A stretch of 64,000 nucleotides of DNA from Lachnospiraceae bacterium. GTDB taxonomy: Bacteria > Bacillota > Clostridia > Lachnospirales > Lachnospiraceae. The notes under the pieces are model-generated. The model was not told where the DNA came from. It did no database searches and saw only the letters and a program-made list of their open reading frames with translations. The number at the start of each line of letters is the position of its first letter. Position 1 is the stretch's first letter. This document shows, one piece after another, positions 16,351-24,861 of the stretch. Location: NCBI GenBank assembly GCA_045546175.1, contig JAZQCI010000103.1:26679-90678 (forward strand), read 5' to 3'. The translations under genes were made by a program, and so were the position numbers.

Positions 16351-18348
16351 TTACGCATCGTCCCCTGTCGGAAGGTCGAGGAATGCGTCACGTCCATCCG
16401 ACTGAATATCAATTGTTTCCGCTTCCACCTCTTTCGCCGTTGCCGTCCCCATAGGAATAAAGGATTTTGTATACACCGGCGGGCGGGTCTTCACCTGCCA
16501 TCCATACTGTATCTGTTGCCCGTCGTAATCCAACAGGCGTTTGCTACCAATTTCGAAATACAGACCGGAAAACGTCGTTTCACGCATCATGTCATAACGC
16601 GCCTTCAGGACACTGATGATGTTCGTCGGCAGGGAAATTTCATTTCCATACTGCGTTTTCTTTTCCTGTCCAAATGTCTTACTAAAAAAGATATCCGGGT
16701 CAACGTCTTTGTCGTCTCCAACTTTCACGCCGTACTCGTCGAGATACGCTTTTTTGAATACGTGGCTCGCCTTATACACCGCAAAAATGTCATCGCAAAG
16801 ATTTGCTATCTCACTCGCACCCAGTATGTCATCCAGTGTCAGCAATCTTCCACCATTTTTCTTACTGTGCGCAACCAGCCAAATCGACAATCCTGTGGAT
16901 GCCGCCGTGCTTTTCAGTTTTTGTACAATATATTTCTGTTTTTCAAGCGGGTCGCGGATACCCTGCACGGTCAACATCATGAGGTTGTCCAGAACCAATA
17001 TTTGCGCTCCACGCTTTTTGCAATCTTCCAAGCAAAACTGTAACACCTCGTGGAAATCGAAATCCCACTCGTTATTGTAAACACCCAATCTGCCGCGCAA
17101 CCAATCCTTAATTCTGTGTTCAACGTCCGGGTCACAATCCCACGAGCCCAGTTCACTGTCGCCTTTGCGCAGATTATCGCGCCCTGCCGCTTGGTTCGCC
17201 ATAGCGTCGAAAATTGACGTATCATCCATTTCACCGGAAAACAGGACAACCTTGTAGCCCATCTCAATCACATTCAGGATTATCTGTGATACAATTGTGG
17301 ACTTCCCCCCGCCGGGGTTCCCTGTGAAAACAGATAACCCGCCCTCAGGTATCCCACCGAAGTTTTTGTCGATATATCCAATCCCCGTCGGAATTTTCTT
17401 TTTTTTCGGTCTTGACCTCTTCGTTTCCCATATGTCGTCAATCTCCAAAACCCTCTGTGGACGCTTCTCTGCGCCCAATCTCGACGGTGCGGGCATCGTC
17501 ACAGGATGCAACGACTGGTAATACTGCCGCATCATGAACGCTTCGAAATCCATCGACCACATGCCGACCTGTGCATTCGCCGTATCGAAGACCACGTACT
17601 TAGGATTTTTCGCATCTCCGTCGCACATACGCACGATACTGCCGGTCTGCACCTTTCTCCATGTCTTGAAAGCCTCATGTTCAGGAACCGGGAAGAATTC
17701 GTCGTAGAAATTCCACGCCGCAGGTTTCATGGATTTCAACCCGCATACTGTCGAAATACTGGACAAAATCCCTACACTGTTCTCCGTCCACTGCGCCGGT
17801 GCGAAATTATATGTAATCCCATGTTTCACCTTCGGAATCGGTACAACCGGCATGCATCCGCGCACTCCGGGGAAATATCTGCGCATCACAATCGTCGCTT
17901 TCTGTGCCGCGTTCAAAACCACCTGCGCCTCTCCGTCACGCTTCAATCTGTAAACGACCGCCTGTGCTCCGTCGCCTACTGTGAATATCGCCGGGTCGCG
18001 GAACCCCATGGAAGCCAACGCCAGCGTCACATTCGTGCCGCATTTTCCCTCGAAAGTGAAGGAAACCGCCGTCATGTACTCGAACTTAACCTGACCAATA
18101 TCCACAAACTGCTTTCCCGTCGTATCCTGTCCATCTGCCAGTGTCACGGGCACAAGCATCAGGTCATCGCCGCTCCACGCATCTATCTCTTCGCGAGTCA
18201 TCACTGCGATACGATATTTCGCCTGCATCTGCCACGTCGTCACTGCATATACTCTTGCCGTGCCGCAAAGCGCATTCAGGACAACATCTCTCTGTCCCTT
18301 TTCGTCAAAATCAATCTTCTTGTAGCCTGCCATAGTTAACATCTCCAT
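16351..18348 (-). CDS. DnaB-like (SF4) replicative helicase with degenerate primase-like N-terminus
   Basis: GNPGGGKST Walker A, FSGEM, LVLDNL, LVAH, GASEIANLCD. Confidence 0.85.
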   Translation of the reverse strand: MEMLTMAGYKKIDFDEKGQRDVVLNALCGTARVYAVTTWQMQAKYRIAVMTREEIDAWSGDDLMLVPVTLADGQDTTGKQFVDIGQVKFEYMTAVSFTFEGKCGTNVTLALASMGFRDPAIFTVGDGAQAVVYRLKRDGEAQVVLNAAQKATIVMRRYFPGVRGCMPVVPIPKVKHGITYNFAPAQWTENSVGILSSISTVCGLKSMKPAAWNFYDEFFPVPEHEAFKTWRKVQTGSIVRMCDGDAKNPKYVVFDTANAQVGMWSMDFEAFMMRQYYQSLHPVTMPAPSRLGAEKRPQRVLEIDDIWETKRSRPKKKKIPTGIGYIDKNFGGIPEGGLSVFTGNPGGGKSTIVSQIILNVIEMGYKVVLFSGEMDDTSIFDAMANQAAGRDNLRKGDSELGSWDCDPDVEHRIKDWLRGRLGVYNNEWDFDFHEVLQFCLEDCKKRGAQILVLDNLMMLTVQGIRDPLEKQKYIVQKLKSTAASTGLSIWLVAHSKKNGGRLLTLDDILGASEIANLCDDIFAVYKASHVFKKAYLDEYGVKVGDDKDVDPDIFFSKTFGQEKKTQYGNEISLPTNIISVLKARYDMMRETTFSGLYFEIGSKRLLDYDGQQIQYGWQVKTRPPVYTKSFIPMGTATAKEVEAETIDIQSDGRDAFLDLPTGDDA

Positions 18349-18473
18349 TTCTTACATACTTATATCTAATTTAACTGTTTCGTATGCTCCGTCAGCGCTC
18401 TCACCTGCTTCAGGAAATAGGTCATCGGGTTTCGAACCCCAATCGCTCTCCGATATGACCTTATGTTTTATAT

Positions 18474-18524
18474 TGATAACTTACTTTGGTTCCGCTCCCC
18501 GAAATAAATTTCTAGGGAAATATC
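18474..18524 (-). promoter_or_regulatory. Bipartite phage promoter/operator copy 1
   Basis: GATATTTCCCTAGAAA-N23-AGTAAGTTATCA, identical boxes and spacing at 24862-24912. Confidence 0.7.
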
Positions 18525-18556
18525 GCCTTATTTTGATATTTTTTTTTAAAAATTTT

Positions 18557-18985
18557 TCACGGCGATGCATCTCTTATCCGAACCACGACCGCGCCTTCCG
18601 CTCCAATTCTGTCATACCTCTTCGTTGCCTTGACGCTGACGACCTGAACGTCATCATGGAACGCTCCGTCATCGCCCTGAATGCCATCCAATACCACCTT
18701 CATGACGTTATCAATGTCCGGTTTCACCATCGGAACAACCAGTCCCGCCGCCATCGCTTCCTTGTCCGCCTTTCTCGCTGACTTCGGAACCGGGTAGTAT
18801 GCTACAACTTCGACCGCCACCGGAACCGCGCCAAAGGACGTGCCGCCCGCTTCCCGGAACGCCTGTCTGATTTCCTTCTCGTACATCCGCGTCGTCTGCG
18901 GCGTATATGCGTGTCCGTCCATTGTAAAACGCGGTCTGCCTTTCCCTTTCGGTCTGCCGTAAACTACAAACTCTATTTCTTTCAT
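18557..18985 (-). CDS. rusA: RusA-family Holliday junction resolvase (may start at 19129)
   Basis: GRPKGKGRPRF, KPDIDNVMKVVLDGI, DDVQV. Confidence 0.9.
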   Translation of the reverse strand: MKEIEFVVYGRPKGKGRPRFTMDGHAYTPQTTRMYEKEIRQAFREAGGTSFGAVPVAVEVVAYYPVPKSARKADKEAMAAGLVVPMVKPDIDNVMKVVLDGIQGDDGAFHDDVQVVSVKATKRYDRIGAEGAVVVRIRDASP

Positions 18986-19128
18986 ACTGCTTCGCTTCCC
19001 TTCCCCTGATACTTTTCGCCTGTCCTGTTCCGCTTCCCGCTCCATCCGGGCGACCGCCGCGCCAACTTCTTCATGCAGCAGCCGCCATTCTTCCAGTAAA
19101 TCCCGCTCCGCTTTCTCTGCGTCTGTCA

Positions 19129-19197
19129 TCACTTTTTTTCCATCTCGTACCACAGGAAGGGAAATATAATCAGATACATAATCGCTAGAAATTTCAT
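19129..19197 (-). CDS. 22-aa hydrophobic peptide
   Basis: TAATG overlap with helicase stop and TGATG overlap with next start; MKFLAIMYLIIFPFLWYEMEKK. Confidence 0.5.
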   Translation of the reverse strand: MKFLAIMYLIIFPFLWYEMEKK

Positions 19198-20765
19198 TAC
19201 TCACCGTCCCTTTCTGCATCATTCAGGCGTATCAGCGGATAATAATTTATGCGCTTACCATTAACCTGTTTCTTTTTCACGCCACCCGCCATATACCCAT
19301 AAGGGCGGATATACGCATCAATCTTTTTCGGTGAAGACAAATACTCTCCATACTTATACTTTGTGCCCTTACCTTTAATCGTCCCGTTTTTCGCTCTCAA
19401 GACCTTACCTAACAATTTCCAATCGTCCGTTGTCAAAATCCCTGCCGCTTCCATCTGCATCAGCATGGATTTAACATCCTCAGAAACCACCTCTTCGTAA
19501 GGCTTAATTGGTGCGGGTTTTCTGCTATCGAACCCCAATCGCGTCAAAACCATATGCTTCCAATTGTCTTCGCCCTCGGATATATCATCGGAATATGACG
19601 AAAGTCTTGCGCAGAAATCCCTGTATGTAGGATTAATTTTCACAACTGTCGTATGACGCTCGATACGGAAAATTCTGTTATGACGGAAAATTCCTTCGTA
19701 CCACGGGCCGCCTGCTCCATAGAACTTCTCAGGGTCGGTCTCGAACAATGCCGCATCCTCATAAAATCTTTTCTGCTTCGCATACGCTCTAACTAGATAA
19801 TCCGCCGTAAAATCAGATATGTAATAATCGACCTCAGATTCACCTGCGCATCTGCGTCTACCCAATTCCTGAACTGCCAAAACCGGGTCAACATCATTGG
19901 TCATGACAAACTGAATGCCGTCATCCCAAAAATCAACGCCAAAAGCGAGAACTGACGTCGATATGATAATGTTCTTCCCGTCCGGAATTTTAAACTCTCC
20001 GTGTTCATCGCACTGCGGACGTCTTTCTGCTGTATAGACCTCAACGCGTCCTGCCTGGACTCCTATTTCAGTCAGAATTTTCTCTATGTCCGTCTTTTTG
20101 CGAACGAAGATTATCCCCTTGCTACCGTTCTCAATCGCTTTATTAATGTTCATCGCCGACTGCATCGTATAGTCTTCATCAGGAACGAATACAATCTTCC
20201 TGATATGGTCTGTATAAATGTCACCATTAACACGCCATTTCACAGGGAAAATCTCATTCAGACGCTCAGGTGTCGCAGACATCAGGAAAATCATCTTCTC
20301 CGTCTCACCAATCGTATCTGCAAAATTCTTTATCGACTGATATGACAGAATTGCCGACTCCGAGAAACCTGCATCAGTTGTCCAGTAGTGTGCCTCGTCG
20401 CACACAACTATCTTGTACTGTTCCAGATATTTCGCTCCATCCATGTCATAAACGGAAATCGCTTCCTCGAAAGCCTGCACTGTCATAACATCGACCCTGC
20501 ACGAAAGACCTTCCTTTTCAACTTTCGCCCTGAGTTTCGCCGCGTCCGCACGACGGGTAGTCAAAATCAGCATTTTTTCATTTTTACTGAGATATTCATC
20601 ATCAGCTGCGATATTCAACATCGCCGTCGACTTGCCGCTTCCAGTCCCCGCTGTAACAAGAGTGACCTTTCCCTGAAACTGCTTAGGGTCATCCCAACAG
20701 GGTTTGTCGGACAGATATTGTCTGCCAAAAAGCCTTTCAATCTTTACTTTTTTCGTTTTTTTCAT
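19197..20765 (-). CDS. SF2 DEAH-box helicase
   Basis: AGTGSGKST, VCDEAH, MSATP, STSVLAFGVDF, QELGRRR. Confidence 0.88.
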   Translation of the reverse strand: MKKTKKVKIERLFGRQYLSDKPCWDDPKQFQGKVTLVTAGTGSGKSTAMLNIAADDEYLSKNEKMLILTTRRADAAKLRAKVEKEGLSCRVDVMTVQAFEEAISVYDMDGAKYLEQYKIVVCDEAHYWTTDAGFSESAILSYQSIKNFADTIGETEKMIFLMSATPERLNEIFPVKWRVNGDIYTDHIRKIVFVPDEDYTMQSAMNINKAIENGSKGIIFVRKKTDIEKILTEIGVQAGRVEVYTAERRPQCDEHGEFKIPDGKNIIISTSVLAFGVDFWDDGIQFVMTNDVDPVLAVQELGRRRCAGESEVDYYISDFTADYLVRAYAKQKRFYEDAALFETDPEKFYGAGGPWYEGIFRHNRIFRIERHTTVVKINPTYRDFCARLSSYSDDISEGEDNWKHMVLTRLGFDSRKPAPIKPYEEVVSEDVKSMLMQMEAAGILTTDDWKLLGKVLRAKNGTIKGKGTKYKYGEYLSSPKKIDAYIRPYGYMAGGVKKKQVNGKRINYYPLIRLNDAERDGE

Positions 20766-21070
20766 AACCGCTCCCATCATGGACATGGAAGCTGAACCAC
20801 CGTAATCACATTTCGTGATTAGATATAAATTTGAATTTCCACGTTGTCAGACTTGAAACGTGGTTGCGGTGAATACCGCTGACGGGCTTTAACGCCCGGA
20901 TGATAGGTAGTGTTTATCTTGTGTGATTAATCTGAATGGAATTGATACCGGGTTTGTCCCGGCAGGATAAGAATAAGTATTTTGGATTATGAAACTAATG
21001 AATTGATTTTTTTATGCCCGCCCTACGTCGGGTCGCTTCGGTTCAACCTCGTTGTCCTAATACTATATTG

Positions 21071-21460
21071 TTACTCTGTTCCTTTAATCTGCGCTAACTC
21101 ACGCTCCGCTTCTCTGCGTGCTTTCTCCGCCGCTTCAATCGCCTTGCGCGCCTTGCGTTCTCTGCGCTCGACCGTCTTACGCGCCTTCTCCTGCGCAAGA
21201 AATTCTTCGCGGCGTTTACGCTGTTCTATCATGTCCTCGACGCTAGCCTTTCTGCGTGCATCGGGTCTCATTTCCGCGAAGTCAGCAATTTCATGAATGT
21301 CTATTTCATACCCACGCTCGATTGCATGCAGATACGCCAATGTCGGGACCCTATGTCCCTGTTCCCAATGACGCAGTGCAGTCACGGAAACACCAACACG
21401 TTCAGCCATTTCAGGCTGCGTGAACCCCAATTCCTTCCGTCTCGCTCTCAGTGTTTTCAT
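21071..21460 (-). CDS. XRE/Cro-like HTH regulator with C-terminal coiled coil
   Basis: LRARRKELGFTQPEMAERVGVSVTALRHWEQGHRVP. Confidence 0.9.
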   Translation of the reverse strand: MKTLRARRKELGFTQPEMAERVGVSVTALRHWEQGHRVPTLAYLHAIERGYEIDIHEIADFAEMRPDARRKASVEDMIEQRKRREEFLAQEKARKTVERRERKARKAIEAAEKARREAERELAQIKGTE

Positions 21461-21892
21461 TACTGTACCTCTCACAATGTATATTTCTTCATACTTTATA
21501 TTACTACAAAATACATATATTTGCAATATTAAATCTCTATATTCTAAAAATATTTTTTATCTCATTATTATTCTTACATACTTTAATATTACTGCTCTAA
21601 AAGTGTCCAAATTTATAAAATACTAATTTATATATTTTAGTATTTGGACACACCCCATTCCTCAACGCATCATCAACATCGCTATTCTCATGCCATCCAC
21701 AACTTCTAGGTTTTCTATATCCTGTACCTCTTCGATAACCTTTATCACTCACTCCCTCACCCTCTACGTCCAGAACCCCCACCGCCTGCCTCCGCCCGCC
21801 CCTGAAGGCGGGGCGGAAGGCATGCGGGTCAGGGAGTCGAGTACCTGAAGGCGAAATGGACGTCGAGGAAATTTGGACATAGAAGCATCCTT

Positions 21893-22040
21893 CCTTAAAA
21901 GCATATAATTAGAATAGTCTATCCCTAAGAAGCATATAATAAGAACCATTAACTCCTGAGAAGTATATAATTAGAATGTTTTACTCCCTGAGAAACATAT
22001 AGTTAGAATTATTAATCCCTAAGAGAAGTATCATAGAATG
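21893..22040. repeat. Five ~31-33 bp tandem imperfect repeats (iteron-like)
   Basis: Consensus CCTRAGAAGCATATAATTAGAA; cores at 21901, 21932, 21963, 21995, 22028. Confidence 0.85.
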
Positions 22041-22532
22041 TAATTTATTTTAAAAAACACACATTCAGACAGATTTATCCCCCTAAGCATATACTCATAA
22101 CATAGCTATAAATATATTGCGCCGCCGCCATGCCCGGCTCATCTTTCCATATCCGGTCATCTGTGATACACGGCTCCGCTCACTGCGCTCGCTCCGCCGA
22201 TACTGCTGCCCGCGTCCAATCGCACGCGTGCGTTTCCGTGCGTTTTCCCGTCCATTTCCCTGCGCCTGCTGCCCGCCACGCCAGTTTCTTGCGCTCCATG
22301 TAAAATCCCCCGCCCGCCGGGAACGCCGCTCAGAACGCCAAATTCACGGTCGCCACGCCGCCATATCCCGCCAATTTCCGCCGCCAGGTATCCCGCTCCC
22401 CCCGCGGCGGATATCTACACAAATATCCCCACTGATACTATCCCCGGTTTTCCCCCCATAGGTTCGCCCCAAAACGCAAAATTTATAAAATCTTTATTTT
22501 TTGCGTTTTCCAATCTCCATGCACCCACCATG

Positions 22533-22585
22533 TCGACGACGAATCGACGACGAATCGACGACGCATCGACGACGTTTTGTCGACG
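22533..22585. repeat. 11-bp tandem repeat x4 plus partial
   Basis: TCGACGACGAA, TCGACGACGAA, TCGACGACGCA, TCGACGACGTT, TTG, TCGACG. Confidence 0.92.
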
Positions 22586-22801
22586 TTTCATGAGTCAGTT
22601 TCCGCATCTGCCGCCCGGAAACAGGCATCGCATGAAATGGACTTACATCATACTTGGATACCACTGCAAATCATCACGGATGGATTTTTTATACCGGAAA
22701 CCACCCAATTTACCCTGAAAACCATGCTTTTCTGCTCTCACAATGTATATATCTCTATAAGAGGGGAGTCTTTTAAAACTCCCCCGCCCGGAAAAACGCA
22801 T

Positions 22802-22832
22802 AAAAAAAAGAGGCCCCCTCTTGCCTCTTTTT
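22802..22832. terminator. Bidirectional-type terminator ending early gene cluster
   Basis: A8-GAGGC-loop-GCCTC-T6. Confidence 0.7.
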
Positions 22833-23377
22833 CAATATCTGCTTATGCGTATATCATATCCGATATGCTTAAACGCCTGTTCCAGTTTCTTCCCCGACAG
22901 GCGCCCTTCCATGCCTTCCGCCCAAACGCTCAAACTCCCTAGATTATATGCAGGTTCCAAATCGTAATGATTTTTCTGAACTGCAATCCATGCCGCCTGC
23001 TCCACTGCTTGTGCCAATGTCGGGAAAGGGACGTTGTCTTCCCATGACCTAGACCGTCCATAATTGAAACTGTAGAAAACATAAAAGATAGGAAGCACCA
23101 TCCATTCCGCATCACCACTCTGGAACAACTCGACTTTTTTCGCACACTCCGCCGCTTTTCTGCGGGTTTCCATGCTCAGGTCATCAGGATAAAACAGAAC
23201 TGTCGCGAACTGGTCTATAAAAACTCTTCCATGCAGACCTGCTTCCTTCAAGTTTTTTATCCACTCTGCCGCCGCCGACCTGGCATCTTCCTTTGTAGTG
23301 CCGCGCTCTCCGCCATGGGAAATTTCCATAAGTTCCTTGCTCTCCTCTGAGAACTCAATCTTTTTAATCATCTCCAT
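22832..23377 (-). CDS. Hypothetical early phage protein
   Basis: 181-aa ORF with GAGG RBS, co-oriented cluster. Confidence 0.75.
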   Translation of the reverse strand: MEMIKKIEFSEESKELMEISHGGERGTTKEDARSAAAEWIKNLKEAGLHGRVFIDQFATVLFYPDDLSMETRRKAAECAKKVELFQSGDAEWMVLPIFYVFYSFNYGRSRSWEDNVPFPTLAQAVEQAAWIAVQKNHYDLEPAYNLGSLSVWAEGMEGRLSGKKLEQAFKHIGYDIRISRY

Positions 23378-23437
23378 TTACCTCTCACATTTTTTAAAAT
23401 GGGCGTCCTGCGTCTCACCTACAGAACGCCGCCGTTG

Positions 23438-23650
23438 TTACTGCTCGTTATAGTACTTTTCCCAATCGTCTCCGTACTGTTCATACAGCCTGCCAATCTC
23501 CGCAATCGGCGCTTTCTGCTCCGGGTCTCTGCCTGATTTAAGAAGTGCCGTCATTCCCAACTTGCAGAAATGTTCACGCATTGCGAACATGTACTTCATA
23601 TCGACCGTGGGCTGTTTAAGCACAAAATCAATACGCTCTCTTGTAGTCAT
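23438..23650 (-). CDS. Hypothetical early phage protein
   Basis: ATGA overlap with upstream stop, GGAAG RBS. Confidence 0.65.
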   Translation of the reverse strand: MTTRERIDFVLKQPTVDMKYMFAMREHFCKLGMTALLKSGRDPEQKAPIAEIGRLYEQYGDDWEKYYNEQ

Positions 23651-24066
23651 GCTTCCATCCTCTCGAAATCCCAAATTGTACCCGACCAATAAGGGTTTAA
23701 TCCAAACGACGACTCACTGTATACGTATATCGGATGTCTGGAACCGGATTTCTTGACCGTCAGTTTGCCGTCCTTGAAGCACGTCCAATTGCAGTTATCG
23801 AAAATGTACTTGAATTCTTTCATCCACTGTTCACGGGTCAACTCGCTTAAATCGTCCCAATCCTCCATTTCCTCGTAGCGACGAATTATCTTTGCTTTTC
23901 CCTCATAAAAAAGCCTTACCGACGCTTCGTAGTCCACATTCAGTATGAAACTGGAAGCCGTTTCCCGCGCATCCACCACACATATATGCTCTGTATCGCC
24001 GTATCCGTCGCATACATATTTGCCGGGTTTTAGTACGGGTCTCACTGTCTTTACCGCCATCTGCAC
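23647..24066 (-). CDS. Hypothetical early phage protein
   Basis: 139-aa acidic/aromatic ORF, AGGTG RBS. Confidence 0.7.
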   Translation of the reverse strand: MQMAVKTVRPVLKPGKYVCDGYGDTEHICVVDARETASSFILNVDYEASVRLFYEGKAKIIRRYEEMEDWDDLSELTREQWMKEFKYIFDNCNWTCFKDGKLTVKKSGSRHPIYVYSESSFGLNPYWSGTIWDFERMEA

Positions 24067-24091
24067 CTACTTTCGACTTTCGTCACAGTCG

Positions 24092-24316
24092 TCACAGGAA
24101 AAGACGATAGTTGCCTTTGCGATACGTTTCGACCTTGACCTTATCAACCTTAGTCCACTCGTCGGAACGGCTATTTCCCCTGTAAACTGCCGCGGGCAGC
24201 ATTTCTCCCATGCCATTAGGGTTTTCCAGATAACCACCAACTACATATCCGTCTTCAACCCAAACTTCCTGACCACCGATAATGTGGCTTCCATCTGTCC
24301 AAATCTTCTTTGTCAT
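24092..24316 (-). CDS. Hypothetical early phage protein
   Basis: AAAGGAG RBS. Confidence 0.7.
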   Translation of the reverse strand: MTKKIWTDGSHIIGGQEVWVEDGYVVGGYLENPNGMGEMLPAAVYRGNSRSDEWTKVDKVKVETYRKGNYRLFL

Positions 24317-24473
24317 CGCTTTTCTCCTTTCGTGTGCTCTGTGCTATGCGCAATGCTCTCACTTTTTGTTTCTGTCCCTTGCGGGGAATGGGTATCCCGG
24401 GCATTGCTCCCGGAAGCCGCTTTGACGGTATACCCACCTGCTGACTCTAAAAATGTAACTATCCGAAATTGGG

Positions 24474-24839
24474 TTATTCACCCGCGATATTGTCTTCGTT
24501 CTTTTTACGTCCGAGAAGAATTGTCCCTCTCGCCTCTTCCTTTGCCGCTTCTCTCTGTGCTTCCATCTGCGCTTCTGCCTGACGTTTCTCCTCGTCTCCC
24601 AATCTAATCCACTCAGGCATCACCTGATATTTGTAATCCGGCAGTGCCATTTCGACCAACTCCATGAATTTCGACTCGCTGTACATATCCATCGGTAAAC
24701 GGAATATACGCTCCGCAGAGAACACATTTCTGCTCTCGTAAATGACCGCTGTTCTGACGCCTTCGCGTTTATCCGTCGTAACCATTACCGTGAAACCGTC
24801 GCCTGCGTCGTAAACCTTGATGTCCTGAACTTTTTTCAT
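24474..24839 (-). CDS. Hypothetical early phage protein (first gene of prophage end)
   Basis: GAGGA RBS directly after the bipartite promoter. Confidence 0.72.
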   Translation of the reverse strand: MKKVQDIKVYDAGDGFTVMVTTDKREGVRTAVIYESRNVFSAERIFRLPMDMYSESKFMELVEMALPDYKYQVMPEWIRLGDEEKRQAEAQMEAQREAAKEEARGTILLGRKKNEDNIAGE

Positions 24840-24861
24840 CTCTCTTTCCTCACTTTCTTAC

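Noticed and set aside
18419-18461. True tRNA gene
   Set aside because: Only 43 nt, no D arm or proper anticodon arm
21893-22040. CRISPR or mini-CRISPR array
   Set aside because: Linkers only ~8-10 bp, repeats degenerate and non-palindromic, no cas genes in the window
21597-22942. ORFs 21597-21782, 21764-21949, 22117-22461, 22530-22718, 22577-22942
   Set aside because: No convincing RBS, low-complexity translations derived from repeats; region treated as non-coding
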